Shown here in pieces: positions 42,097 through 53,558 of a stretch of DNA of 64,000 nt. How positions within the stretch are numbered: the first letter of the stretch is position 1; each line of letters starts with the position of its first letter. A program made the position numbers and the translations under genes. Source of the stretch: Candidatus Poribacteria bacterium (GTDB lineage: Bacteria; Poribacteria; WGA-4E; PCPOR2b); assembly GCA_965208675.1 (NCBI GenBank), contig OZ242351.1, forward strand, positions 448,001-512,000. Direction: 5' to 3'. Under the pieces are notes generated by a model, which searched no databases, was not told the origin of the DNA, and saw only the letters and a program-made list of their open reading frames with translations.

Positions 42097-42987
42097 TTAA
42101 ATCCTTGCTGCTGAGGCCTGGATTGTGCGTTTAGTAAGCACCCTAACCATGTCTTCCCTATACTCTGCTGAACACCGGAGGTCTGAAATTGGGCTTGACT
42201 GTTCTGCAGCAGCTGACGCCGCCTGTTCCAGAATTGATTCTGAAAGCGAATTTCCTTTCAGAATATTCTCCGCATCAGTTGCCCGAATCGGCGTAGGAGC
42301 AACAGCGGCGAGTCCAATTTTGACATCTGCCACCACACCATGCGCCAGCTCCACAGAAGCCGCTACACCAATGAAAGCGAGATCCATGACCTCGCGAATT
42401 TTTTGCTTTATGTAGTGTGAACCCGATTTGTCCGGCCGGGGTGGGCAAACCAATCTAGTCACAATCTCACCATGCTGTAAGGACGATTCTCCTGGTCCCA
42501 CAAAAAAATCACGGATAGGGATAGTACGTTCTCCATACGTACTCGCAATTTTGAGCTGCGCACCAAATACTAAAAGAACTGCGACCGTGTCTGCAGCCGG
42601 GGAAGCGTTACAAATGTTACCGCCAAGCGTCGCTAGGTTGCGAATTTGAATGGATCCAACTTCGCTTGCTCCCTCGGCTAAGGCGGTGTAGCGGTTCCGG
42701 ATAGTTGAAGATTGTTCGATGGCGCGCATTTTCGTCATCCCGCCAATCGATAAGCCTGTTTTCTCATCATACGTGATGCTGTCCAATCCCGATATCTGCG
42801 CTAAACTAACGACGGATTTTGGCGTTGCAATACCTTCTTTCCATCCGACGAGTAAATCTGTTCCACCCGCCAAAATCGTGGTTTTACCGCCGTTTTCGGC
42901 AAGCAGGGATGACGCTTCCTCAATTGTGGTTGGTTCAAACAAAGCGAAGCTTCTCAATATAGAAAACTCCTTGGATGTGCAAACCAT
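42097..42987 (-). CDS. XDH-family FAD-binding (medium) subunit
   Basis: 'LAGGTDL' and 'IRNLATLGGN..NASP.AD'. Confidence 0.92.
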   Translation of the reverse strand: MVCTSKEFSILRSFALFEPTTIEEASSLLAENGGKTTILAGGTDLLVGWKEGIATPKSVVSLAQISGLDSITYDEKTGLSIGGMTKMRAIEQSSTIRNRYTALAEGASEVGSIQIRNLATLGGNICNASPAADTVAVLLVFGAQLKIASTYGERTIPIRDFFVGPGESSLQHGEIVTRLVCPPRPDKSGSHYIKQKIREVMDLAFIGVAASVELAHGVVADVKIGLAAVAPTPIRATDAENILKGNSLSESILEQAASAAAEQSSPISDLRCSAEYREDMVRVLTKRTIQASAARI

Positions 42988-43090
42988 CTACCGGGCGGCG
43001 ATTGATATGCATTATCTTGTATCATTGAATGGCTAAACCCTATCAATTCTGATTAAGATTGTCACGATATGCATGACACGCTGTTTTCCT

Positions 43091-43885
43091 TCACGCCGAC
43101 ATGAAGACCGGCAAATTATTCCGCTCGGTCAGGCGATATTCGCGCTCCATACCGCACAACCAGTAGAACATTTCGGCGGCGTCGTTGATTGCGCGGTGGT
43201 ACTCGCGGTGATAGGTCGGTCCGGGAGGGGGACCCTTGGCATGTCTAGGATGGAAGCTCGGTTCGTGAATCCAGTCGCGTTCCGGGGCTACCGTCCGCCT
43301 ATACGCATACTTGAAAAGATGTCGAGTCCCCTTCGCAGTGGATCCTGAGCGGCGGTGCCAGATAGGATAGGCGGTCAAAAAGATAGAACCTGCAGGGGCG
43401 GCTGTAGGGACTGCGCCCCGAATGCTACCGTAATGCGCCATTGATGGAATACCATCGGCGATAAGAAAATGTGACCCGGGCAACACCTCAGTCGGCCCCA
43501 TTTCTAGCGGCGTATCTTGTGGATAATAGAATACTTGCAGGCAGTCGAGTATGGGCGGGAATACGGCGCCGCCATCGACGTGCCATGGGCCTGGCGGCAA
43601 AGGGCACACGACGGGATGGCCAGTATGGAGGTGAGTGGGATAAGTAAAATCCTTTCCCAAGAGCGATCGGATTGCGCCGGTTACTTGCGGATTGAGGCTG
43701 ATATTCTCAGTGACGCCATCTATCATCCCAGTATCGCCGCCATCAGGGCGTTCCACAAAAAAATCAAACACCTGCCGGTTGATCTCATCAGGAACCACAC
43801 CTTCGAAAATCAGGAAACCCTGTCTGCAAAACTCCAGCACCTGCGTATCTGTTAATGTTGGTTTACAGTCATAAGTATCACGCAT
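43091..43885 (-). CDS. PhyH-family dioxygenase
   Basis: WHVD, 'YYPQDTP.EMGPT..LPGSH' and 'IWHRR'. Confidence 0.85.
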   Translation of the reverse strand: MRDTYDCKPTLTDTQVLEFCRQGFLIFEGVVPDEINRQVFDFFVERPDGGDTGMIDGVTENISLNPQVTGAIRSLLGKDFTYPTHLHTGHPVVCPLPPGPWHVDGGAVFPPILDCLQVFYYPQDTPLEMGPTEVLPGSHFLIADGIPSMAHYGSIRGAVPTAAPAGSIFLTAYPIWHRRSGSTAKGTRHLFKYAYRRTVAPERDWIHEPSFHPRHAKGPPPGPTYHREYHRAINDAAEMFYWLCGMEREYRLTERNNLPVFMSA

Positions 43886-44040
43886 TGTGTGTGACCTCCA
43901 TTTAGGGATAGTCGATTCTTCAGCGACTACAGCGGCAGCCGTGTTTAGCGCTCACCGAGTCTGGGACACGGCAGCGAATTGAACAAAAAGGTGATTCATC
44001 CAACGTTATTAGAAACTACTGCAATTTATTGACGAGCCAC

Positions 44041-44069
44041 ATTTTACAGGAAATCTCGGTTGATGTCAA
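44041..44069 (-). promoter_or_regulatory. Sigma70-type promoter upstream of the phyH-xdh gene run
   Basis: Minus strand TTGACA-N17-TAAAAT. Confidence 0.6.
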
Positions 44070-44160
44070 GGTCTGTGTAGGTTAATCAACGCGCAGCATG
44101 GTTGTCTTGCTTTGGATAAATAAAATTCAGGATTAGAGATGCTAAAATCGCTTTCGTCCG

Positions 44161-45153
44161 TTAGTCAGTTTTATGAAAAAGGGCTGACTTGGAAATTGCC
44201 CCATACGCACCCAAAAGCAAGCTGAATAACAACGTCAGAATGTGCAGACTAAACGCAGAAATAATCGCATTGTCCCTTGAGATTCCGAGACCCGTTAACG
44301 CCAATATCCACGGCACTTCCACGGTGCCAAAATTTCCCACAGTCTGGATAGGAAACATGTTGAAAAACGAAGTAAGGCTAAGTGCGAAGATAATCTCCAG
44401 AATTTGAAGATTCATCTGCATTGATGTTACGAGATAGCACTGCATGATGAACCGCAGTCCTAGATTCGCAATCGAACAGCCAATTATGCCGAGTAACTGC
44501 CAATTAAAGGGCAGCTTGGTGACCTCGTGCAGCAACCTCGCGAACGACTGCATGAGACGAACCAAAACCGCCATTCTAATCCTACTCGATAAGGACTCTA
44601 CCCATTTTACCCCCCAGCAGACCGCGTTTGGCAACGAGAGGAGTACAATTGCGCCAGACAGAATGACTGAAATTCCAATTAGCGGCAAAACAAAAAGAAG
44701 CCAATAAGATAAATTGCTCTGTTCCGACAATTCCAGTCTGAACCCCCACGCCGTGGCTGACATCGCCAACAAAATCAGCAGAATGTCGATAATACTCGCA
44801 CTCAATAAAGACGCGATCCCCTTGGCCGCGGGCACTTTTTCGTCTCGCCTCAGGAGATAAACATACGAGAATTCCCCCGTACGCATCGGCATGATGTTCG
44901 TCCAGAAGGTTTGAAGTGAAACAATTGAAACCAGCCGATGCAGTTTTACATTGACATCCAGAATTAACCGAAACCGCAGCGCTTTGAACGGCAATGACAG
45001 AGAATAAATCACGAACGCGAAAAGCAGAGTCTTTATGGGAATGCGTCGAACCGTGTCTACAATGTTAGACGGATCGTTGAGCTTCGACAGTAGGAAAAAG
45101 ACAACCATTACGGCAATTGCCGATGTTAAAAAGAATCTGTTGCGTGCCGACAA
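44161..45153 (-). CDS. Lysylphosphatidylglycerol-synthase TM domain/flippase-like membrane protein
   Basis: 'N.MP.R.GE' and 'P....GNFG..E' motifs; multiple TM helices. Confidence 0.75.
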   Translation of the reverse strand: MSARNRFFLTSAIAVMVVFFLLSKLNDPSNIVDTVRRIPIKTLLFAFVIYSLSLPFKALRFRLILDVNVKLHRLVSIVSLQTFWTNIMPMRTGEFSYVYLLRRDEKVPAAKGIASLLSASIIDILLILLAMSATAWGFRLELSEQSNLSYWLLFVLPLIGISVILSGAIVLLSLPNAVCWGVKWVESLSSRIRMAVLVRLMQSFARLLHEVTKLPFNWQLLGIIGCSIANLGLRFIMQCYLVTSMQMNLQILEIIFALSLTSFFNMFPIQTVGNFGTVEVPWILALTGLGISRDNAIISAFSLHILTLLFSLLLGAYGAISKSALFHKTD

Positions 45154-45272
45154 TAGAACCCCCTGTATTCAACCACCTGGCTGTTTCAGAAATCTTTCCG
45201 ATTGTGTTTGAGACTGAACTGCAATTGTGTGAATGCCTTCAAACGGTTTCAAACGTAGGAAATTATTCGGCA

Positions 45273-46112
45273 TTACCCAAGTTTTCGGGCGACCAATATA
45301 ATTGGATAATAAAACTCCAGTTTTCTGCCGAGGTACTTCACGACTGGAATGAGTTTTAGCCGATGTACAATTTTTGTCAATTTCATCATAATACCGGTCG
45401 ATCCCCAAGTCGAAAAGGCAGCAGTCTCTAGGCGTTTTTCCCACATGTCGATTCCTAAGTTTAAAATTTCTACTTTTTCACCCGCGAAAGCCTTTACGAT
45501 GCGGGACGGCGTCGTGTATTGAATCTCATCCAAAAAGTCCGCATCCCGGCCTGTACACCTAAGGTAAATCTTCGCTAGGGACCGGGGGAATTGTGGTAAC
45601 CAGATTATGCCGTAGTGTCCTTCCCAAAAAGAGTTGTAATTTGGTACAACAAAGTGGATGTATCCGCCCGGTTTTAGCACACGTACAGTTTCCCGCATGA
45701 CTTTTTCAGGGATTTGCGTGTGTTCAAGTACCTGGAACGAAACAACCAAATCAAAGGTACGATCTCCGAAAGGCAAGTCTTCTCCAACGCTGCGCAGTAT
45801 TTTCTTACGAACGCCAGCGTTTTCAAGGCGATCAAGAGAAATGCCGGCCTTAACGGAATCCGGCTCGATTCCGTAACAATCCCCGCCATGCTGCTGACAC
45901 ACGATGTTAAAGGTACCTAAACCGCTGCCAATCTCCAAAATTCTCTTGCCTTTTACCTGAATCCCAAAGACATCCCGCATAATTGCAATCCGTTCTTCCT
46001 CGCGCTGCGTGGAGAGCGATTCTCTAATGCCTTTCTCTACATTGGGCAACGGCTTTTTACACCCCGACAAATAGTATTCCTTCAATTTTTCGATTAGCAT
46101 GTCCTGATTCAT
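45273..46112 (-). CDS. Class I SAM-dependent methyltransferase
   Basis: 'ILEIGSGLG', 'LPF.D.TFDLV.S.QVLEH' and 'RVLKPGG'; likely start ATG 46112. Confidence 0.88.
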   Translation of the reverse strand: MNQDMLIEKLKEYYLSGCKKPLPNVEKGIRESLSTQREEERIAIMRDVFGIQVKGKRILEIGSGLGTFNIVCQQHGGDCYGIEPDSVKAGISLDRLENAGVRKKILRSVGEDLPFGDRTFDLVVSFQVLEHTQIPEKVMRETVRVLKPGGYIHFVVPNYNSFWEGHYGIIWLPQFPRSLAKIYLRCTGRDADFLDEIQYTTPSRIVKAFAGEKVEILNLGIDMWEKRLETAAFSTWGSTGIMMKLTKIVHRLKLIPVVKYLGRKLEFYYPIILVARKLG

Positions 46113-46239
46113 TTTAACATTCCGATGGTCATCGTGTGGGGAGGCGAGACCGCATTTAACGCGTCTGTGCCTTATTATATCACATGAACCATTGACTTCA
46201 ATCGAAGAAGTCTGTACTTCCCATGAAAGGATATTTCGC

Positions 46240-46268
46240 TTGCACAATCCGGAAAACTTATGTATGAT
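46240..46268 (+). promoter_or_regulatory. Putative mutS promoter
   Basis: TTGCAC-N17-TATGAT. Confidence 0.5.
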
Positions 46269-46352
46269 AAATTGTTAAGAGAAGCATAACATACCTGAAT
46301 TGGCAATCTTAGTCAGTTGCGGGTGTCAGTGCAGAATTTTTAAAGGTTTACG

Positions 46353-49300
46353 ATGCCAAAAAAAACACAACTTTCCCCCTTGATGGAGCAATATAAGCGC
46401 CTGAAAAACCAGTATCGAGATTCGGTTCTGCTCTGCCGTGTAGGGGACTTCTATGAGGCGTTCTTCGAGGATGCGGAGCTAATCGCTCGCGAGTTGGAGA
46501 TCGTCCTGACTTCGCGAGACAAAGATAAAGCAACGCCGATGGCAGGAATTCCGCATCACGCGCTCGATTCATATCTTTACAAACTCGTCAAGGCGGGCAA
46601 CAAAGTTGCAATCTTAGAGCAAATTGAGGACGCGAAGAACGTACCCGCCGGAGAGCTTGTAAAACGGGATATCGTCCGTATTGTAACGCCCGGTACCTTA
46701 ACGGATCCAAAGGTGCTCGATCAACGGATGAACAACTATTTGGTTGCCGTCTGTATACGTGATGAAATCTACGGATTTGCGTCGGTCGATCTATCGACAG
46801 GTGAATTTGCGGTAACCGAATTACAAGATGACGAGAAACTATGGACAGAACTACATCGGCTTGCTCCCAAGGAACTTCTGCTTTCTGAGGTGTTTGATGA
46901 TGCAGAGATTTTGGAGCGGATAAGGGTCGATTTGAAAGCAGTTGTGAACACGCTGCCGGATTGGCGATTCGCGCTGGACACAACGAGATCGGAACTGCTG
47001 CAACATTTCAATACCCTCTCGCTAGACGGTTTTGGCTGCGAACATCTCCCCGCGGCAATATGTGCGGCGGGCGCGTTGATATATTATCTGCATGAGACCC
47101 AAAAACAAGAGGTAGAACACATCCTTTCCATTCATACCTACACGGTCTCTGACTTCATGATTTTGGACGTGGATACACAACGGAATTTGGAGTTGACGAC
47201 ATCTATCCGCGACGGCTCCGCTAAAGGCACACTCTTGGAAACAATAGACCAAACTGTGACACCGATGGGAGCGCGCAAGCTTCGCAGTTGCCTGTTACAA
47301 CCGCTGCTTCAACCGGACCAAATTATCGCTCGTTTGAACGCAGTCGAAGAATTGAAAAATCAGATTGGTACACAGGAGGAAATTCGTGATTTACTAAATA
47401 AAATCTACGACATGGAGCGGTTGATTTCGAGAATCAGTTTGGGGACAGCAAACGCCCGTGATCTGCTTGCGTTGAAGGACTCACTGTATTTGATTCCGGC
47501 GATTAAAGATCAGCTTGGGGATTGCGAGACATCGTTATTGCAGACCTTGAACGACACACTTGACCCTTTAAATCAATTAGCAACGCTGATCGAATCGGCG
47601 ATTCATCCCGAACCTCCCATAACATTGCGCGAAGGCGGATTAATCCGCGACGGTTATAGCGGTCAGTTAGACGAGTTGCGCGCCATCACAAGCAAAGGGA
47701 AGAGTTGGATTGCGGAACTTCAGCAATTGGAACGCGAGAAAACCGGCGTTACTTCGCTAAAAATCGGCTTCAATCAGGTCTTCGGTTACTACATCGAAGT
47801 CACAAAATCGAATCTCCACCTCGTTCCCGATGATTATATACGCAAGCAGACATTGACGAATGCAGAACGGTTCATTACCCCGGAGCTTAAAGAACGGGAA
47901 GCGCAAATCTTGAACGCGCAGGATCAGATTCAAGCGCTTGAGCATAGTCTCTTTCTTGAAATCCGCGCGCAAATTGCCCAAGAGACGGAGCGGATCCAGA
48001 AAACCGCGGCGGTGATTGGGATGATTGATGTGATCGCAAACCTCGCTTATATTGCGGCTAAACATGATTACGAGAAACCCATTATTGATGAGAGTGATGA
48101 AATTATTATTCGGAATGGACGCCACCCCGTAGTTGAACGGCTGTTCACGCAAGAGGGGTTTGTTCCTAACGACACTTCATTAAATTGCCGCGGCCATCAG
48201 ATGCACATTATCACGGGCCCCAATATGAGCGGCAAATGCGTTCGCAGTGACACGCTCGTGTTCACCGATGCCGGTCTTGTTCCAATTGCTTCTCTTCAAC
48301 CCGGCAAGGTTGAAATAGACAGCTTCGCCCCAGTGAATTACCGCGTAAAGGGGCTGAACGGAAACGCGCGTGCAACCCATTTCTACGCCGGCGGGCGGCG
48401 CCGAACCGTGCGTATCCGCACGAGATTGGGTTACGAATTGGAAGGCACGCCCGAACATCGAATTTGGGTGCGCCAGCAGTCCGGCGTGGAGGGTTGGAAA
48501 CCGCTGGGGAAAATTGAGGGTAGCGATGCTGTCGCGATCGATTGCCAGATTGATTTGTGGGGGGCTAACGATACACTACAATCGCCGCGCGCAGCTTATA
48601 TGGAATCTCAAGTAAACCGCATTGAAATGCCGCGAGACTCGTCAGCGGACTCGCTGCCCGCCCGCCTTACGCCGAATCTGGCTTATTTGGTGGGATTGCT
48701 GGTTGGCGGTAGTGTATCGACCGATGGAGACGCAGTATCACTGGAAACGAAGGACGCGTTTCTCGGGCGAGAATTTAGACGCATAATAGGTGCGGAGTTT
48801 GGATACAGTAGGAAGCCAACCTCCCAAATAAGGAATTCCAACAATCGCGGAGGTGATTTTCAGATTCGGCGTTTCATTGAAGCCTTGGGACTGGCGCATA
48901 CTGCTAATGAGCAGGTTCCGGCGGCTATTTTGGGCGCACCAAAGGCTGTCGTTGCTGCATTCCTGCAAGGGCTGTTTGACATAACTAGCGATGGTGATGC
49001 AAAAGAGGACATCACCCTGTTTACTCCATCGGATACTCTTGCAAAACAGGTGCATACGCTTCTGCTTAACTTCGGGATCTTGTCCGCGTTACAGGAGAAA
49101 AAAGCGAGTCGCGCTGGCAACTGGATTTACGGAATTTCTATTACCGATGCAGACGCATTGAGGTTTTTCCGGCAGATTGGATCTAGAAATCCGGACAAGC
49201 AGCGCCGCGCCAAACACATTCGATTCATGGGTTATCCCAGAGTCACCGACATGGAACACCGAGACGAACGATCATCAAGCGGCGAGGGTTACGTCTTCGA

Positions 49301-50177
49301 TTCAATCGCGGACATAACCCCCGGTTCGGCAGAGGTTTTCGATCTCTCTGTGGAAGAGAGCCACTCGTTTGTCGCCAACGGCTTCGTGAACCACAATTCG
49401 ACGTATCTGCGTCAGACGGCGCTCATTACGCTGTTTGCGCAGATGGGGAGTTTCGTGCCTGCATCGGCGGCGAAGATTGGGATTGTGGATCGGATATTCA
49501 CTCGAGTCGGGGCGTCAGATAACCTCGTGATGGGTCAAAGCACCTTCCTTGTCGAGATGAATGAAACCGCAAACATTTTGAACAATGCGACCTCGAAGAG
49601 TCTGATTATTCTCGACGAAATTGGGCGCGGTACCAGCACCTTCGACGGGTTGAGCATCGCATGGGCGGTGGCGGAGTACATTCTGGACAAGAAGAAGATT
49701 GGCGGCAAAACACTTTTTGCCACGCATTATCACGAACTCATCGAGTTGGCAGGCAAATACAAAAACGCGAAAAATTTCAACGTTGCTGTCCATGAAGATG
49801 GAGAGAAGATTACGTTCCTGCGGAAAGTCGTGGAGGGAGGAACCGACCAGAGCTACGGTATTCATGTGGCGCGTCTCGCGGGGTTGCCGCTGGCTGTAAT
49901 TGCGCGCGCACAACAGATTTTGGAGATTCTCGAACAGCACAACCTGAGCATTGAGGGCGAGGATCGAGGGCGCCTGCCGAAGGCAGCACCCAAGACGCCG
50001 CGTCCCCGACGCCGAATGTCGCAGTCCGCCTTTCAAGATGACTCGCTCCAACTCGCACTGTTCACCCCCAAAACTCACCCAATCGTTCAGCAACTTCAAG
50101 ACCTTGACCTCAATGAAATGACCCCTATGGGTGCATTGAACCTACTGTATCAATTGAAGGCGAAAGCGGACGAATAG
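46353..50177 (+). CDS. mutS: DNA mismatch repair protein MutS with an intein
   Basis: 'GDFYE.F..DA', GPNMSGK|STYLRQ, 'STFLVEM', 'LDEIGRGTST' and 'SYGIHVA'. Confidence 0.97.
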   Translation: MPKKTQLSPLMEQYKRLKNQYRDSVLLCRVGDFYEAFFEDAELIARELEIVLTSRDKDKATPMAGIPHHALDSYLYKLVKAGNKVAILEQIEDAKNVPAGELVKRDIVRIVTPGTLTDPKVLDQRMNNYLVAVCIRDEIYGFASVDLSTGEFAVTELQDDEKLWTELHRLAPKELLLSEVFDDAEILERIRVDLKAVVNTLPDWRFALDTTRSELLQHFNTLSLDGFGCEHLPAAICAAGALIYYLHETQKQEVEHILSIHTYTVSDFMILDVDTQRNLELTTSIRDGSAKGTLLETIDQTVTPMGARKLRSCLLQPLLQPDQIIARLNAVEELKNQIGTQEEIRDLLNKIYDMERLISRISLGTANARDLLALKDSLYLIPAIKDQLGDCETSLLQTLNDTLDPLNQLATLIESAIHPEPPITLREGGLIRDGYSGQLDELRAITSKGKSWIAELQQLEREKTGVTSLKIGFNQVFGYYIEVTKSNLHLVPDDYIRKQTLTNAERFITPELKEREAQILNAQDQIQALEHSLFLEIRAQIAQETERIQKTAAVIGMIDVIANLAYIAAKHDYEKPIIDESDEIIIRNGRHPVVERLFTQEGFVPNDTSLNCRGHQMHIITGPNMSGKCVRSDTLVFTDAGLVPIASLQPGKVEIDSFAPVNYRVKGLNGNARATHFYAGGRRRTVRIRTRLGYELEGTPEHRIWVRQQSGVEGWKPLGKIEGSDAVAIDCQIDLWGANDTLQSPRAAYMESQVNRIEMPRDSSADSLPARLTPNLAYLVGLLVGGSVSTDGDAVSLETKDAFLGREFRRIIGAEFGYSRKPTSQIRNSNNRGGDFQIRRFIEALGLAHTANEQVPAAILGAPKAVVAAFLQGLFDITSDGDAKEDITLFTPSDTLAKQVHTLLLNFGILSALQEKKASRAGNWIYGISITDADALRFFRQIGSRNPDKQRRAKHIRFMGYPRVTDMEHRDERSSSGEGYVFDSIADITPGSAEVFDLSVEESHSFVANGFVNHNSTYLRQTALITLFAQMGSFVPASAAKIGIVDRIFTRVGASDNLVMGQSTFLVEMNETANILNNATSKSLIILDEIGRGTSTFDGLSIAWAVAEYILDKKKIGGKTLFATHYHELIELAGKYKNAKNFNVAVHEDGEKITFLRKVVEGGTDQSYGIHVARLAGLPLAVIARAQQILEILEQHNLSIEGEDRGRLPKAAPKTPRPRRRMSQSAFQDDSLQLALFTPKTHPIVQQLQDLDLNEMTPMGALNLLYQLKAKADE
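48237..49397 (+). mobile_element. Intein (387 aa) with a degenerate LAGLIDADG homing endonuclease, inserted in the MutS Walker A motif
   Basis: Starts with Cys (CVRSDTLV), block B 'TPEH', ends 'VFDLSV...HSFVANGFVNHN', +1 residue Ser. Confidence 0.93.
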
Positions 50178-50228
50178 TACCGCAGCATATCAAACCGTAC
50201 GTCCCACAAATAACCGGCGACGTTAATC

Positions 50229-52893
50229 ATGGCACTGCATCCGGAATTCCCCGAATCTCCACATGCTTTAATTGACCCATCGGTGCGCTGGTTTCCAGCT
50301 GACGAATCGTTGCGTGACTCCCGTTACGAGAAACTCATCCCGCCGCTCGTCCATAAGGTTCGTGAAAAAGTCAAAGCCTGGCGGGACGGCGCCTACCGAG
50401 GAGCAAGAGAAACTAGCAAATCTCTTCTGAATTGGTGGTTCAACACACCTCATCTGATAGAAGATGCAGGCGGTGAAATCAGCGAGTTTCAGTATTACTT
50501 CGCGCAGCGAGAAGCGCTGGAAACTGTAATCTACCTATACGATGTCATCGGTGTGAAGGACAAATACGACCTCATGCGCTTCGACAGTTCCGGCGCAATC
50601 TCTACCGGGATGTTCGATGAAACTTGGCGGCGGTTCGTGCTGAAGATGGCAACAGGGACGGGCAAAACCAAAGTGATGAGCCTTGCAATCGCTTGGAGTT
50701 TCTTCCACAAGCTGTACGAACCCGACTCGGAACTCTCGCGCAACTTTTTGGTCATCGCACCAAATATTATTGTGCTTGACCGTATATATCACGATTTTCA
50801 GGGGCTTCGCGTATTCTTCGCGGATCCTGTGCTGCCCAACAACGGACTTGACGGTCGAAACTGGCGCGACGATTTTCAACTGACCCTGCATCGGCAGGAC
50901 GAGGTGCGCGCTACCCGCCCCACCGGCAACATCTTTTTGACCAATATCCACCGGGTCTATTCCAGCGACCAATCTCCGCCGTCACCCGATGACGACAACA
51001 CAATGGACTACTTCCTGGGCAGGCGGCCAACCGGCGCAACCACGGATTCAAAGGTAGACCTCGGCGATATCGTCCGGGAAGTTGACGAGCTGATGGTGCT
51101 GAACGATGAGGCGCATCATATCCACGACCCGAAACTGGCATGGTTCAAATCGATTGAGGATATTCACAACCGTCTATTGCAGAAAGACAGCGAATTGGCG
51201 TTACAATTAGATGTCACCGCAACGCCCAAGCACAACAACGGAGCGATTTTTGTCCAGACAGTGTCGGATTATCCGCTCGTGGAAGCCGTTTCGCAAGATG
51301 TGGTCAAACACCCGGTGCTTCCCAATGCGCCGAGCAGAGCCAAGCTTGTAGAGCGGCAGAGCGCCAAATACACCGAGAATTATGCCGACTATCTGGAACT
51401 GGGCGTTATTGAATGGCGAAAAGCGTATGCAGAGCATGAATAACTGGACAAGAAAGCCATCTTGTTTGTTATGACAGATGACACCCGGAACTGTGATGAA
51501 GTCGCCGACTATCTCGAAAACCGTTTTCCGGATTTGAAGGACGCCGTACTGGTGATTCACACGCAGAAAAACGGCGAAATTTCCGAAGCGGCATCTGGCA
51601 AGAAGAAGGAAGAATTAGAGAAGTTGCGGAAACAGGCGAACGAGATTGACTCGATGGCTAGCCCCTACAAGGCGATTGTCTCGGTCTTGATGCTCAAAGA
51701 GGGTTGGGATGTCAAGAACGTGACCACCATTGTTGGGCTGCGCGCCTACTCCGCCAAGAGCAACATATTGCCGGAACAGACATTGGGCCGCGGGCTGCGC
51801 CGCATGTACAGCGGTGAAGTTAATGAGTCCGTGAGCGTCATCGGCACTGAAGCCTTTATGGACTTCGTCGAGTCGATCCAAGCGGAGGGTGTGGAATTGG
51901 AACGCCGAGCCATGGGTGAGGGCACTGAACCGAAAATGCCGCTTGTGATAGAAGTCGATAATGACAACACTAGGAAGGACATTGATGCGCTAGATATCAA
52001 TATTCCAAAGCTAACAGGGCGAGTTTATCGAGAATACAAAAATCTAACTGAATTAGACGCGGCACGTTTCAACTTCACCCCTGTAACCTATCGGGAATTC
52101 AGCGAAGAGCAGCAGCGCGACATCGTGTTCAAGGACATGACATCGGGTGAGGTCACACACACCACACAGATGGATAGCGCCGGCGTTGCGGATTATCGAA
52201 GTGTGATTGGCTACTTCGCTCAGACCCTCATGAAAGATTTAAGGTTGGTCAGCGGTTATGACGCACTATATCCAACGGTCCGGGATTTTATTGAGAACCA
52301 CCTGTTCGGCGGCACCGTGCCGTTGGATTCTCCCAATACGTTGCGCAATCTGTCAGAGCTTACGGCATCAAAAACCGTTATCGAAACATTCAAGTGTGCA
52401 ATCAACGACCTCACAATCCAAGACAAGGGGGAGGCTCGGATTAGCGATACAATCAAGCTGCGGCATACGCGGCCATTTGTTGTCAAAGACCAACCCTATT
52501 TGATGCCGAAGAAATCTGTGTTCAACAGAATCATCGGCGATTTTCAATTGGAGCGCGACTTTGCAGTATTTCTGGAAAATTTCCGATGTAGTCTCCTTTT
52601 CCAAGAATTATTTCGCGGTAGGCTTCAAGCTTGATTACGTCAAGACCGACGGCGACATCGCCAACTACTACCCCGATTTTATCGTGAAGCTGGCGGACGG
52701 ACGAGTGATTGTCGTCGAGACCAAAGGTCGAGAGGATTTGGATGCCGCGCCCAAGATGCGCCGGCTGCGCCAGTGGTGCGAGGATGTCAACAGCGTTCAG
52801 GGAGAAGCCGTCTACGGCTGTGTCTACGTAGACGAAGAAGGCTTTCGGACATATCAACCTAAGACATTTCAGCAACTGCTGGATGGGTTCTAG
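50229..52893 (+). pseudogene. res: Type III restriction enzyme Res-like helicase-nuclease with two lesions
   Basis: MATGTGKT, DEAHH, 'EGWDV' and 'PDF.....VETKG'; in-frame TAA at 51441-51443 and a frameshift at ~52580. Confidence 0.87.
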
Positions 52894-52912
52894 CACGATA
52901 GGAGGAAATACA

Positions 52913-53506
52913 ATGAAACCCAGAACTAAGACGTACGGCCTAGCAGTTGGTGTTGCTGCGATTGTATGTCTCGTTCTAATCTATCTCCTAGTAATGCGTG
53001 AAGAAGAGACGGTCCAGGGGAATCAAGCCTATTTCGGTCTGTATACAACGCCAACTGAACGCCTTTCTCTTTTTGAATCAGCATTGTCAACCCTACAACA
53101 GTCCGGAGAGGGTGAGGCAATTTTTAGCGGTGGAGATGGATTTGTTCGCTTTCGAGTTCGTGAAGATGGGAATTTTGCAGTCTTGGTTCCGGTCTCGGCA
53201 TCAATACCGCGTGTCCTGCCCCCCACATGGGTACGGTTCTTTATGGCGGACAAATACAAATTCCGTAATATCCGGCTCCCCCGCCATGAAAGGCAACGGC
53301 TTGAAAAGATGGAACCGCTCCATAACGCAACAGTGCGCGAAGTCACATATCCGGGCACCGCGCCGCATATTTTCCTTGAGTCAGCATTGGGGTCGGGAGT
53401 TGCACGTGCGTCGGTGTTGGCGGAATCAATCTTGACGGAGGTATTTCAAATTGAGTCAGGCATGCTAGATATCTACGGGGGTGAATACCGTAAATTTCGT
53501 TGGTAG
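52913..53506 (+). CDS. Hypothetical membrane-anchored protein
   Basis: RBS GGAGG, ATG 52913 and a single N-terminal TM helix. Confidence 0.65.
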   Translation: MKPRTKTYGLAVGVAAIVCLVLIYLLVMREEETVQGNQAYFGLYTTPTERLSLFESALSTLQQSGEGEAIFSGGDGFVRFRVREDGNFAVLVPVSASIPRVLPPTWVRFFMADKYKFRNIRLPRHERQRLEKMEPLHNATVREVTYPGTAPHIFLESALGSGVARASVLAESILTEVFQIESGMLDIYGGEYRKFRW

Positions 53507-53558
53507 TAGGAAAATAGTTACTTGTGGCTTTACGCTTCGTTAGGCAAGAGAGGCAGGT

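Noticed and set aside
39099-42987. Aerobic CO dehydrogenase (coxLMS)
   Set aside because: The active-site loop reads AYRAPG, not the form I AYxCSFR motif.
51441-51443. Stop-codon recoding in res
   Set aside because: TAA terminates many normal genes in this window, and a second lesion (frameshift) follows.
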